Positions 36,430 to 46,313 of a DNA stretch of 64,000 nucleotides are shown here, piece after piece (within the stretch, counting starts at the first letter, position 1; every line of letters begins with the position of its first letter). The DNA lies in NCBI GenBank assembly GCA_026936335.1, contig JAPMXV010000046.1, positions 374,743 to 438,742 of the forward strand, given 5' to 3'. The position numbers and the translations under genes are program-made. This DNA is from Mantamonas sphyraenae STR306 (lineage: Eukaryota > Protista > CRuMs). Below the pieces are notes generated by a model, which did not search any database, was not told the origin of the DNA, and saw only the letters and a program-made list of their open reading frames with translations.

Positions 36430-36516
36430 GGCTGTAGGATCAAGGGATCAAGAGACGAGAGAAAAAGGACACAGACACACACAGATGGGAAAACGTGTGG
36501 GAATTTGATTGTCTGG

Positions 36517-39500
36517 TCAGCGTGAGAGCATCCAGGGTGATGTCCTGCCACAAACCCAGAGTTCTGCGCCAACATCCTCACGCATGCCATCGACGACCAC
36601 CTGGAGTTGTATGGCACCGTTGTGTTGGACGCCCCACAATTGCATGTCGACGGCACAGAGGGCACTTTGGGCATAGGAGGCGACAGCGACGGCGGCATCG
36701 GACAACTGGGTGCAGACGTCGTCTGTGATGCGTACCATGCGTGGGATGCCACTGTCGTCGACCACAAGGCCATCGGAGTCGAGTTGCTGGAGGTCGACCC
36801 ATGTGGAGTCACCGACACGGGCACACAGACGACAGACGCCGCGGAAGACGACGCCCGCGAATGTGACCATGCGTCCTGCGCTGTCGCCCACACGCTCCTG
36901 GGTGTTGTCCACCCACACGCTGAGATCGCCGGTGGAGTTGCCATCTGCCTGTTGCACCTCATCCATCCACTTCATGGCGTCTGCCCAGGCGTCACGGTCA
37001 AAGGTGCGTTCCATTCGCGGTTGCCACTGCCGGCCTCCAATCCACAGGCGCTGCCACTGCTGCACATCCTGCAAGTCGAGGTCCTGGCCCGCAGGTACCA
37101 TGCGATGTGCAGGGACACGCACACCGATGGCCTCGGCGTGTTGCCAGAGCCACCAACGATCGAATCCCGGCCGCCACGGGTTGACGACGTCGATGCCAAA
37201 GAGACGCAGCTGGGAGGTGAGCTGTTCGCGCTCGTGTGGGGAACAGGCCACAAGGACGACGGAATCGAGGCGGACGCTTGCGTCGACGTGGGTCAGTCTG
37301 TCGTCGCTGTGGCGTCCCACTTGGTACTCGACAAACTCGCGACGCAGCCATTGGTAGACGAGGAGCCTGCGTGCACGGCCATCGGAGGTGAGCCACTCTT
37401 TGCTGACACCGACGACGTTGGATTGCGCTTCCACGTGACTGAGACTCATCACGACCTCGCTGGCCTGGCGCCAATCGGCAAACACGACCCCCACCGTGTG
37501 ATCCAGGCCACACACGTCGGCAAAGCAGGGTGAACCCTCCTCGGAGAGACCCAACGGGTGGAGGAGGATGCGTGGTGCACGCTCACTCTCGGGCTGCCTG
37601 CCGAGGGCAATGCTTGTGACAGCGAGTTGCATGACACGACGCAGAAAGGTGGGCTTGTTGCGCACCCAGCGTCGCACATCGGCCATGGTCACACTCTGCA
37701 CATGCATGGCCTCAAAGTCAAACTCTTCGCGTTGGATCGTATCGGCGAGGCGTGTGGCATGGTCGTCCATGAGGGCTTCCAGGGCCTCGTCGTCCTGGGG
37801 CAATGTGTCTGCACGCATGCGCTCCAACTGCATGGAGATTTCTGCCATACACACCAGCATGAGACTGACATGTTCCATGCCAAAGGTGCTGCTTGTAATC
37901 GCCCCCTGCTGGAGCAGCCCTGCCCAGATGCCTTTCATCGAACGTCCACTGCCACTCACGCGCCAGTTGATCACCACGCGACCGTTTCGATCGCGCCACG
38001 ACGAGGAGGACGGGTTGGACGAGGAAGAGGACGAGGACGAGGACGAGGACGACCCCACCTCGGCCATCTCGCTGGCAGCTTCCACTTCGACGACGCGCTG
38101 GGCTTCCAGAGCCGCGGCCTGTTTGCTTTCCTCCAACAGGTGGCGTGCCATGTGCGGCGTGTCCACGTCTTCAAACAGGGCCTGGAGATGCTCGTGGGCT
38201 GCATACAGGTACATGCGGAGCACAGTCGCGTTTGCAGCACCGACGAGCGAGGCATCCATGGCACTGGGGGCCATGGAAATACGTTCCAGCTTGCGTTCGA
38301 GTGTCTGCTGCATCTGTGACTCGCTGTCCATGATGTCACGCCACAGTCTTGCCTCGTCGACCAACACGTCGACCACCTCAAACGTGAATCCTGTCACTCG
38401 TGCCTGCACACGCATCTGCAGGCTGTGGTCGTACACGTGGTACAGCCGCCTTCCCACGTCCACATCCACCAGTGTCATGTGCTCCTGATGCGGTGCTTGT
38501 TGCCAGCGTCCGCTGCCCACGGGGCGTTCGGTGGACCACAGAGGACGAGGCTGCAATCGCATGCTGACGCAACGAGGCCAACTGTACGGCACACCACGCG
38601 CATCCTGTGCTCCGCTCTCGTCTGCAGCGCAACGAGCTTCAGCGTAGGCCAAGGCAGCCTCGCAGGCGCGGCGGTCGAGAGCATCAAGAAAGGCGTCGCG
38701 CACGTCGCTGACCACCACCTCACGGCCTACTTTGACATGCCACGTCTTTGCACTCGGCGACGCGTGTGTCCACATGCGTCCCAGCCGGTGGCTGACTGTG
38801 TAGGTGCCTGCGTTGAGGGATCCATCGCGCATCTTCCAGCTGGCCACACAGGCCACGTCGACGACGCTGTCGACAAAGTCTTTGGGCCAGTAGCGCAGGT
38901 TGCACTGCGTGTCGATGCCCAACGCATGCAGTTGGGATGTGGTGAGCCATGTGCATGCATGGCACACAGCCAGGTCCGTATTCCCCGCTGACGAAAGTGT
39001 TTGGCGTTGGCACAGCGCCAGAAGCGTGTTATCCTCCTCATCCTGTGGTTGGATAGAGGCAGACGGGTTGAAGATGGGATCGTGGTTGGTGGACGGATGC
39101 GGAGTGGGACTGGGCGAGTCTGTGACCGGATACCCTACGGCGCGGCCTGCCGGGCTGCCGGTGCCAATGACACAGCTGCCAATGACGGGAAGGACGAAGC
39201 GAGCGGCACAGAGCACCATGTCCATAGGGCCGTGTGTGTGGACACTCTGTACGCGGCGGTCGGCTTCGAGCAGACCCATGCCGACCTCGTTGACAAGGGC
39301 CCTGCGCAGCTGGCCGGCAGTCATCCAGAAGTAGGCCTCATCGACACCAAGCATGGGGCGTGCGGGCGAAAAGACAAGGTCCATCTCTGGGGCGAGGCAG
39401 ATTTGACCATCTTGAAGGGCAGCAGCACGTAGTGGGATGCCACGGCGAGCCATGAAGCCGTTTGCGTTCATAGCGTCCAGGTGTTGCATGCTAGTGGCAT

Positions 39501-42500
39501 ACTGGTCGTCCCAGGTGGATCCCAAACACAACACATTCAAACGACGCTGACTTTGCAGCACAGAAGGGTCTGTGGGATCCAGGCGTTCGAGGACATAGGG
39601 CAAGGCACCGACACGGACACGAGCACGCACGACATGCCACACCTGCTCAAATTGCAGTGCAAGGGCGGTTTGTTGCTCCTCGTCGGCCACACACGTGCCA
39701 ATGGCCGGCATGGCCAAGAGATCCCTGTCGGAAACAAGGTCATCGCTGATGACAACGCGGCCGACAAGGGCATGGAGCTCAGTGCGGCTGGCCTCGCCCG
39801 TGGTGGCCATGACTGCGGTCATCCAAGCGTACACGAGACGCACTTGAGGCCACGAGCCACACCCGGCAGTCTCGCAGGCAACCACAACGTCCATGAGGGC
39901 CGGCCAGACATCGGGAGTGGCAAGGGTGTCTGCACACGCACGCACACTGGCACATGAACACACGAGTTCCCACGCTTCCCTGCCCTCTTGCTCCCCCATA
40001 CGAGGCAACACAGTGTGCACAAAGCGCTGTGCGGCGAGACCGTCGATTTGCCAGCCGAGGGTGCCCGCCACCCACTGCACCCACTCCTCGGCGTGGTCCA
40101 CACACGTGTCCTGCTGCGCAAGGTAGACCATGGTCCAGGCCAACATCACACCACAGCCTCGATGGACATCAATGACGTCGATCGTGCCGTCGTCGAGCTG
40201 TGTGGTGAGCGTGCGGAGTACGTCGCGCACGGTGGTCATGGCTTGTTCGCACATCCGTGTGGCGACTTCCTTTGCACGCAATTGGGCCAACAGGCCATCT
40301 TGGGTGTCATGTTCACGGAATCCACCCCCCAGTACCGCACGCAGAGCCTCATGGCGTGCCACGGTGGTCATGTTTGCGTACGCACGCTCTTCCAGTGCCT
40401 TGCGGCTGGGAATGTATGCGTGCTGGGTGTCGTGTACGCTTGGGGAGGATGCGGAGGACGCAGACAGAGAGGAGGAGGAGGAGGAGGAGGAGGGGGCAGC
40501 CACGCGCACCCTTCCAAATGCATACAAGGGACACTGGAGGGCGTGGGTCAGGGACTGGCAGGCGGCATGGACGTCCTCTTCGCTGAATCCGGCACCACGC
40601 AGGATCTGTGTTTGATATTCTGCACTTGCGCCATCCAGCAACCAGCGTCCACCCAATGCAAGCCATTGCCAGGCTGCAAACGAGTCTGAGAGGACGCCGT
40701 CGCGAACGATTCGCAGCCTGTCGCTGCCTCCGAACACGCGGTACTCTCTGCGCAACCGTTTCACGTCGACCCAAGTGCGCAGGGTGTCGTCCATGTGTTG
40801 CGACGGGGCGTTGCCCGCGGCACATGCGGCGGCTGCGTTGTAAAGAGCAATGGCCCGCGACTCCTGCCACTCGAGCTCTTGCCACAGGGTGTGCATGTCC
40901 AATTCTGGCCATCGCCTGGTCTGTGCCCGGTCGCACAGGTTGACGTAGGTTGCACAGCGTCCCGAACCTGCACGCTCGCTCATGGCAGTGACTGGCATGC
41001 CCGACTGGCGGTCGATGCCTCGCACGCAGGCGTACCATGCCATGACGCGAGTGGGGGTCCAACCACAATGGGCATCGGTCTGAATGACAGCCATGTTGCT
41101 TGTGGGATTGCCCATGAGCATGAGGTCACGCAGATGGCAGACGTGGACGTCGTTGACCCAAGCGGACAGCGCAGGTGCCCCAAGCAACAATGCGTCGGCG
41201 CCCTGGAGATGAGACACGGTGGTAGCGACGGTGTGGATGTCCATGGAGGCCCTTCGTGCAAAGACGTCCTCCATGCCGGCAGGGATGTGGAGGCGTGTGG
41301 CCATACCCACGAGGTCGTTGTCCAGCAGGGACAGGGGCAGCTGCTCCATGGCCAGCTGCAAGGCAACAGCGCTGGTGTCCATCCACACCACGCGCTGTTG
41401 GCTGAGCGATTCGCCCAAGGTTTCGTGGAGGGTGTGGACCATGGAACAGGCGCGACGTACCTCGTCGCTGGTTTGCGACGCACGCTTGAGCAACACGCGG
41501 AACAGGGGCGTCTCACTGTCCACCCACGGGTCAAGGGCGGCGTCGATGCGTTGGACCAATGCAGCCAAACGGGCGTTTTCCACTGGCAATACATCATTGC
41601 GCTGAAGGAGCATGAGACGCTCGAGAGAGTTGTCCGGCATGATGTGTCGCACGGCAATGCGCATGTTTGCATTGCCCTGCGTGTTGACAACACACCAATG
41701 GGCCCATTCGTGCCAGGAGCCGAGTTGTTGCCGGGCCTGATTGACAATGGCGGCGTGGCGGTGCAACACAGCACGCTGTGCACCTGCCAGACCCAACACA
41801 TCCAACAGGTTTTCGTGGTGATCGTACAGAGCCACTTCGTCGCTGCCGCACCTGTCTTCCAAGGAGGCCACATCCAGAAGGACGTCGGGCAGGGTGTAGC
41901 CTTGTGGCCAGCGGCCGTAGAACGAGCGAGCATGCTCGCCACTCTCGGCGTCATTGACGGCAATGGTCATGCGAGCCGAGTCCGAGTCGATGCTGGTGAG
42001 CACCACACGCACGTGTTCGTCCTTGCCCAAGGATTCCATCTTGCCACCGAGGTTGTGGCTGACAACGGCCGTGCGGGCTGCACTGGTCCTTCCCATACGC
42101 TTTGGGTGCCTCATACGGTACCAATTGCGCACGTATGCGCCAATGCCTAGCTGGCTGTAGTGGGTGTCGAGAAATTGCAGCAGCCGCAGACGCAGTTGCG
42201 AGCGTTCGGTCGCCTCGTGCTCCAGTTGCAAATCTGGATGCAGCCGAAGGGCCTCGCGGATGGCATCGCCATGGTCATTGGTCACTTCCACGTCGTACAC
42301 ACGCGGATGTCGATGGACCATCAAGACGGCTGCCTCGTCGCGGACGAGGGCAACATCGACGCAGGCGTGTGCACGGACAAGGAAGAACTCGTGTCTCTCT
42401 GAGACGTCGAGCAGCAATAAATCGAGGTCGTGGTGAGCCTGTGCACGCAGTTCCAGCTGCAAAAAGTGGCAAAGGGAAGCCAGGACGGCTGCTTCACAGC

Positions 42501-43908
42501 GCACAAACTCATTGTCCTCCAAGAGTTGCAACAGTGCCTCCTGTTGCTCCTTCATGGGGTCCAACAGTGCTTCGAGGCCGTATTCGCGCAGGATGTGTTG
42601 GGCAAACACGGTGAGTTGACGTAGCTGGTGTTCGATGGCATCGTCAATCTCCTGGCCCAAGCTGTGTTGCGCTACGACAGTCTCCAGCGCCAACTGGTCG
42701 TGCAAGGACCAATCGACGAGAGCAGAGACGTATCCTGTGGGCACGGAACCCTGGGTGACACAGCAGTGGACGTAGCGGCGCTGTGAGGCTGCTGGGGAGG
42801 CATGGACGGCGTGTGCCAGACCACGCACCTGCTCCTCGACAGCACACCAGGATTGGGCGCGTGGCGAGTATGCGACCCATTGCAGGCTGGGGTAGCCACG
42901 GTAGGCCTCTGTCTGCAAGGCACTGGTGGCGGGAATGTGGAGGAGGATGTCCTGTGCAACGGCAGCCCAGCGTACGTCGCCATCTCCGCGTACGACATGC
43001 ATGAGTGCCACTGGGTTTGCTTCGCTGTCGGCGAGTTGGGCATCAAAGTCTTGCAGCTCCTTGTGGCTGGTGACGTCGGCCGCAAGGTTGGCTTTTTGTA
43101 CGGCCGCCATGGCCCACTGGCGTGCAAAGTGGGCATTCCACACAGGGGCCACCTGACCAAATCCGGGCCAAGTGTAGTCATCGCATGGGGGCATGTTGGC
43201 AAGGGCGACGACGTGCGGGCCCTGAGAAATTAAGGGGTGTTCCTTGTCGAGGACCACGGCCAGCGAGTGTGTGTTCCAGGCGTGCAGACCCACTGCAGTC
43301 TGCCACCACACCACATTGTATCCACAGGGCGTCTGTACAAAAGCATCGATGTCTCCGGTGAGGAGGAGGGAGCGAAGGGAGCCGCCGACGTCAAGGGTGG
43401 CCTCGTGGAGGGCAAGGGCATCACACACGCTCGATTGTGTGTGTTGTGACATGTTCTGGAAACACTGCCACATGGTATGGGTGGCCAGGGCGGGACGGGC
43501 GTGTCCAAAGGCCAGACACAGGGCAAACAAGGCGTTGCGCGCGCACTCGTCTTGGACATCCAACACGGCCAGGTCAACGGCAACGACCCCGGGAAGAGGA
43601 GACCATGCCATGGTGTGGCCGTGGCGCACAAACAACAGAGTGGTGGCGTCCATTTGGGCCAGTGGTATCTCCTCGAGCGTGGGGACAGCAGCTTCGCCGG
43701 CGGCGACCTCTGCCCGAGCCAGCGGATCAGCGTCCTCCAGGGCATCCAGATGCCACAGCACCTTCCACGGATGCAAGAGGGCAGTGGCAGTCAAGACACC
43801 GCTGTACTGTGCCTGCACCTGCCCGTCCAACTGGCATGTGCCCACAGCAAACTCGGCGTCTGTGCGCCCGAGGAACATTTGTTGTTTGAGCGAGGGGTGC
43901 ATTGTCAT
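36517..43908 (-). CDS. Giant intronless hypothetical protein (2463 aa) with a degenerate ATP-grasp-like C-terminus
   Basis: 7.4-kb uninterrupted ORF with globular composition and host-style poly-Ser insertions, filling the space between two genes. LFGIDVVNP..FDRWWLWQHAEAIGVRVP and LSDAAVAVASYAQSALCAVDMQL recall RimK-type ATP-grasp segments. Confidence 0.75.
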   Translation of the reverse strand: MTMHPSLKQQMFLGRTDAEFAVGTCQLDGQVQAQYSGVLTATALLHPWKVLWHLDALEDADPLARAEVAAGEAAVPTLEEIPLAQMDATTLLFVRHGHTMAWSPLPGVVAVDLAVLDVQDECARNALFALCLAFGHARPALATHTMWQCFQNMSQHTQSSVCDALALHEATLDVGGSLRSLLLTGDIDAFVQTPCGYNVVWWQTAVGLHAWNTHSLAVVLDKEHPLISQGPHVVALANMPPCDDYTWPGFGQVAPVWNAHFARQWAMAAVQKANLAADVTSHKELQDFDAQLADSEANPVALMHVVRGDGDVRWAAVAQDILLHIPATSALQTEAYRGYPSLQWVAYSPRAQSWCAVEEQVRGLAHAVHASPAASQRRYVHCCVTQGSVPTGYVSALVDWSLHDQLALETVVAQHSLGQEIDDAIEHQLRQLTVFAQHILREYGLEALLDPMKEQQEALLQLLEDNEFVRCEAAVLASLCHFLQLELRAQAHHDLDLLLLDVSERHEFFLVRAHACVDVALVRDEAAVLMVHRHPRVYDVEVTNDHGDAIREALRLHPDLQLEHEATERSQLRLRLLQFLDTHYSQLGIGAYVRNWYRMRHPKRMGRTSAARTAVVSHNLGGKMESLGKDEHVRVVLTSIDSDSARMTIAVNDAESGEHARSFYGRWPQGYTLPDVLLDVASLEDRCGSDEVALYDHHENLLDVLGLAGAQRAVLHRHAAIVNQARQQLGSWHEWAHWCVVNTQGNANMRIAVRHIMPDNSLERLMLLQRNDVLPVENARLAALVQRIDAALDPWVDSETPLFRVLLKRASQTSDEVRRACSMVHTLHETLGESLSQQRVVWMDTSAVALQLAMEQLPLSLLDNDLVGMATRLHIPAGMEDVFARRASMDIHTVATTVSHLQGADALLLGAPALSAWVNDVHVCHLRDLMLMGNPTSNMAVIQTDAHCGWTPTRVMAWYACVRGIDRQSGMPVTAMSERAGSGRCATYVNLCDRAQTRRWPELDMHTLWQELEWQESRAIALYNAAAACAAGNAPSQHMDDTLRTWVDVKRLRREYRVFGGSDRLRIVRDGVLSDSFAAWQWLALGGRWLLDGASAEYQTQILRGAGFSEEDVHAACQSLTHALQCPLYAFGRVRVAAPSSSSSSSSLSASSASSPSVHDTQHAYIPSRKALEERAYANMTTVARHEALRAVLGGGFREHDTQDGLLAQLRAKEVATRMCEQAMTTVRDVLRTLTTQLDDGTIDVIDVHRGCGVMLAWTMVYLAQQDTCVDHAEEWVQWVAGTLGWQIDGLAAQRFVHTVLPRMGEQEGREAWELVCSCASVRACADTLATPDVWPALMDVVVACETAGCGSWPQVRLVYAWMTAVMATTGEASRTELHALVGRVVISDDLVSDRDLLAMPAIGTCVADEEQQTALALQFEQVWHVVRARVRVGALPYVLERLDPTDPSVLQSQRRLNVLCLGSTWDDQYATSMQHLDAMNANGFMARRGIPLRAAALQDGQICLAPEMDLVFSPARPMLGVDEAYFWMTAGQLRRALVNEVGMGLLEADRRVQSVHTHGPMDMVLCAARFVLPVIGSCVIGTGSPAGRAVGYPVTDSPSPTPHPSTNHDPIFNPSASIQPQDEEDNTLLALCQRQTLSSAGNTDLAVCHACTWLTTSQLHALGIDTQCNLRYWPKDFVDSVVDVACVASWKMRDGSLNAGTYTVSHRLGRMWTHASPSAKTWHVKVGREVVVSDVRDAFLDALDRRACEAALAYAEARCAADESGAQDARGVPYSWPRCVSMRLQPRPLWSTERPVGSGRWQQAPHQEHMTLVDVDVGRRLYHVYDHSLQMRVQARVTGFTFEVVDVLVDEARLWRDIMDSESQMQQTLERKLERISMAPSAMDASLVGAANATVLRMYLYAAHEHLQALFEDVDTPHMARHLLEESKQAAALEAQRVVEVEAASEMAEVGSSSSSSSSSSSSNPSSSSWRDRNGRVVINWRVSGSGRSMKGIWAGLLQQGAITSSTFGMEHVSLMLVCMAEISMQLERMRADTLPQDDEALEALMDDHATRLADTIQREEFDFEAMHVQSVTMADVRRWVRNKPTFLRRVMQLAVTSIALGRQPESERAPRILLHPLGLSEEGSPCFADVCGLDHTVGVVFADWRQASEVVMSLSHVEAQSNVVGVSKEWLTSDGRARRLLVYQWLRREFVEYQVGRHSDDRLTHVDASVRLDSVVLVACSPHEREQLTSQLRLFGIDVVNPWRPGFDRWWLWQHAEAIGVRVPAHRMVPAGQDLDLQDVQQWQRLWIGGRQWQPRMERTFDRDAWADAMKWMDEVQQADGNSTGDLSVWVDNTQERVGDSAGRMVTFAGVVFRGVCRLCARVGDSTWVDLQQLDSDGLVVDDSGIPRMVRITDDVCTQLSDAAVAVASYAQSALCAVDMQLWGVQHNGAIQLQVVVDGMREDVGAELWVCGRTSPWMLSR

Positions 43909-46111
43909 TCAAGGAAAAAGTCATCTGCGTCATCATCGCCATCGTCGTCAGAGTCGTCATCGTCGCCCAGGCCAAGGGGCACCATGTAAAGGCCATTGCG
44001 AGCCTTGCTGATGCGTTTCCAGCGTCCCAGACGAGGCTCCTGGCCGACGCCAGCCAGAAGGAAGCGACCACTCTTGGCAAAGGCCATTGCATTCACAAAG
44101 CCTGTGACGGGCGCCGAGGCGACCTGTTTGATGGACTTTACGTGGTCGCCTACCTTCCAGAAGCGCACATGGCCGTCACACGAGCCGCTGGCCACTAGAT
44201 CGCTGTTGGAGTGAGCTGCCACTGCGCTGATCCAATTGGCGGAGTAGAGCGCAAACGGGTCGGAGCGTTTGCGTTTGCGTTGCTCAGCAGCGTCGACGTC
44301 GCTGGCATCGTCGTTGGAGTGGCGGTACGCTTCAAAGGCGTCTTGGGTCTCGGAGGATGAGGATGAGGAGGAGGAGGGATGGCCACCTCCAAAGGCCTGT
44401 TGGAGCATGGAGGAAGAAGAATGGCGTGTTTGAAGTTGCTGGTCGTCGTCGTCGTCGTTGTCGTCGTCGTCGTCGTTGTTGTCAAAGGTGCTGTGGGAAG
44501 GTGTGTCGAAAGCACGCGGGTTGCCCACGCCAGGGTCTTTGGCAGCCTTTGCGCTGGCAGAGGCGTGCATTTGGGAGGTCCATTCCTGGTAGTCACGGAG
44601 GGAGGCGTGGATGGAGGCCGAGGTGTCGTAGCCGTGGGCGACCGGGACGGTGCACTGTGCCTTCTTCTTGAGAATGTTCCACAAGGAGAGGGAGCCATTC
44701 TGGGCGCCTGTGACCATTGTGTTTTCTGTGATCATGGCGACTGCGTCGAGGCTGCCCGAGGACTTGTCGGCCTGGAATTTGAGCTGTGCCTGGTCGACTA
44801 TCTTGAAGAGGCGCATGGTGCGGTCGCGGCTGACGGCGACGGCGCGTTCGCGGAACATGGCATCGATGGAGGTGATTTCGAGCTCTGGTCCAAAGAGGGT
44901 GTCGAGGTAGGCCATTTCGTCGACGTTCCAGATTTTGAGGGTGCGGTCGACCGAGCCCGAGTAGAGGGTGTGTGTGCCCCTGCGAAAGGTGAGGGCGGTG
45001 ACGGGCTGGTAGTGGCCCTTGAAAGAGTCGATGAGAGAGTCTGTGCGGGTGTCCCACACTCGAATAAAGTAATCGCGGCCTGCGCTGGCCAGGTATTTGC
45101 CGTCGCTGGAGACAGCCACGGCGAGGACTTGGTCGGTGTGTCCTGGAACGTCGTTGGAGTTGCGTGCGCCTCGGTACAGCGTCTTGGAGCCTGTTTCCAG
45201 GTCCCACTTGAGGAGGCAGCAATCCTTGGCGCCGGTGTAGGCGGTGGAGTCGTCGTCTGTGAGGCACAGGGCTGTGACCGACTGCTTGTGTCCTCGCATG
45301 CGTGTGACAGGCAAAGTGGGACCCTGCACACGATCGGCAACGTAGCGAAAGTCTTTGCCGCTGCGTGCCAGGGCTTCGTTTTGAAGGCGGCGTGCGACAG
45401 GATCGAGGACCTCGTTCTCCAGCTCGGCCTCGACGTTGACCCGGCGGCTCTGTGCATTGTCGGAGGCGGCGGCGGAGGTGTGTGTGTCGTCTGCGCCAAC
45501 TTCGTCGCGGATTTGGCCGAGATAGGACTTTGCCAGGCGCAAACGGCGCTCCTCGACGGTCTCGTACTCTGCGGAAGGAACGGACGGACGGATTCCCGGG
45601 AGGCGGACAGAGCGCATAGAGTGCAATGATGGGCACCATGGGACAGAAGCGGGTGTACAGAGTGTGAGCATATGGATGGCAGGCGGTTGGTACACTGGGG
45701 GCAAGTGAAGGTGTGTGCAAGGGTGGTGGCGGCGTGCGGCGAGGAGCCATGCATGTGCGGACGGGCAGGCGGGGCAGATGGGCAGCGGACGCTGCACGGG
45801 CGGTATAAACGTACCAGCAAGGTCGTCATCAGCATCGTCGTCGTCGTTCCAACCACGCTCGGAGTATTCCGTCCATCCCAGACGAGAGGCCTTGGCCTTG
45901 TCGCGCTTGGAGGAGGTGGGCTGCTCGTCAGCGCTTCCGTAGTCGTCGTCGTCGCCCAAGTCGTCGTCATTCACGTCGGGAGAGCGTGTGGAGACCTTTC
46001 TCCGTTTCGTCTGTGTGTGTGGGGGGGGGGGGGGTGGGGGGGGGGTCAAGGTTAGCCTGTGGACGGGTGGGATGGGCAGGAAACGGGGGGAGGACGTACT
46101 CGGCGGGACAT
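43905..46111 (-). CDS. RRP9: U3 snoRNP WD40 protein Rrp9/U3-55K
   Basis: Exons 46111-46100 (MSRR), 46010-45815, 45568-43905; GCTAAC branch point in intron 1. ETVEERRLRLAKSYL, GHTDQVLAVAVSSDGKYLASAG, DEMAYLDTLFG, NWISAVAA..SDLVASGS, GFVNAMAF, GVGQEPRLGRW. Confidence 0.9.
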
Positions 46112-46313
46112 GTCTGGTTGGGTTGGGGCGACAAGGGGGGGGAGGGGATCTTTGGGCAGAGCAGTTTCTGGTGTGGGTGCGGCATGGATAGAGAGGATGT
46201 GTGGCGTAGCAAACGGGATGGGGTTGGGCAGGGAGAAAAGGAAGGTGCAGGGGTGCGCGCGGCACCCCAACCATTTCAAACAACCAAAACACTTCTGCAG
46301 CGTCCGTATCAAG

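Noticed and set aside
29227-46045. Poly-G runs (29227-29246, 46021-46045) as G-quadruplex regulatory elements
   Set aside because: They are poly-C tracts just upstream of - strand splice acceptors, and homopolymer length is unreliable.
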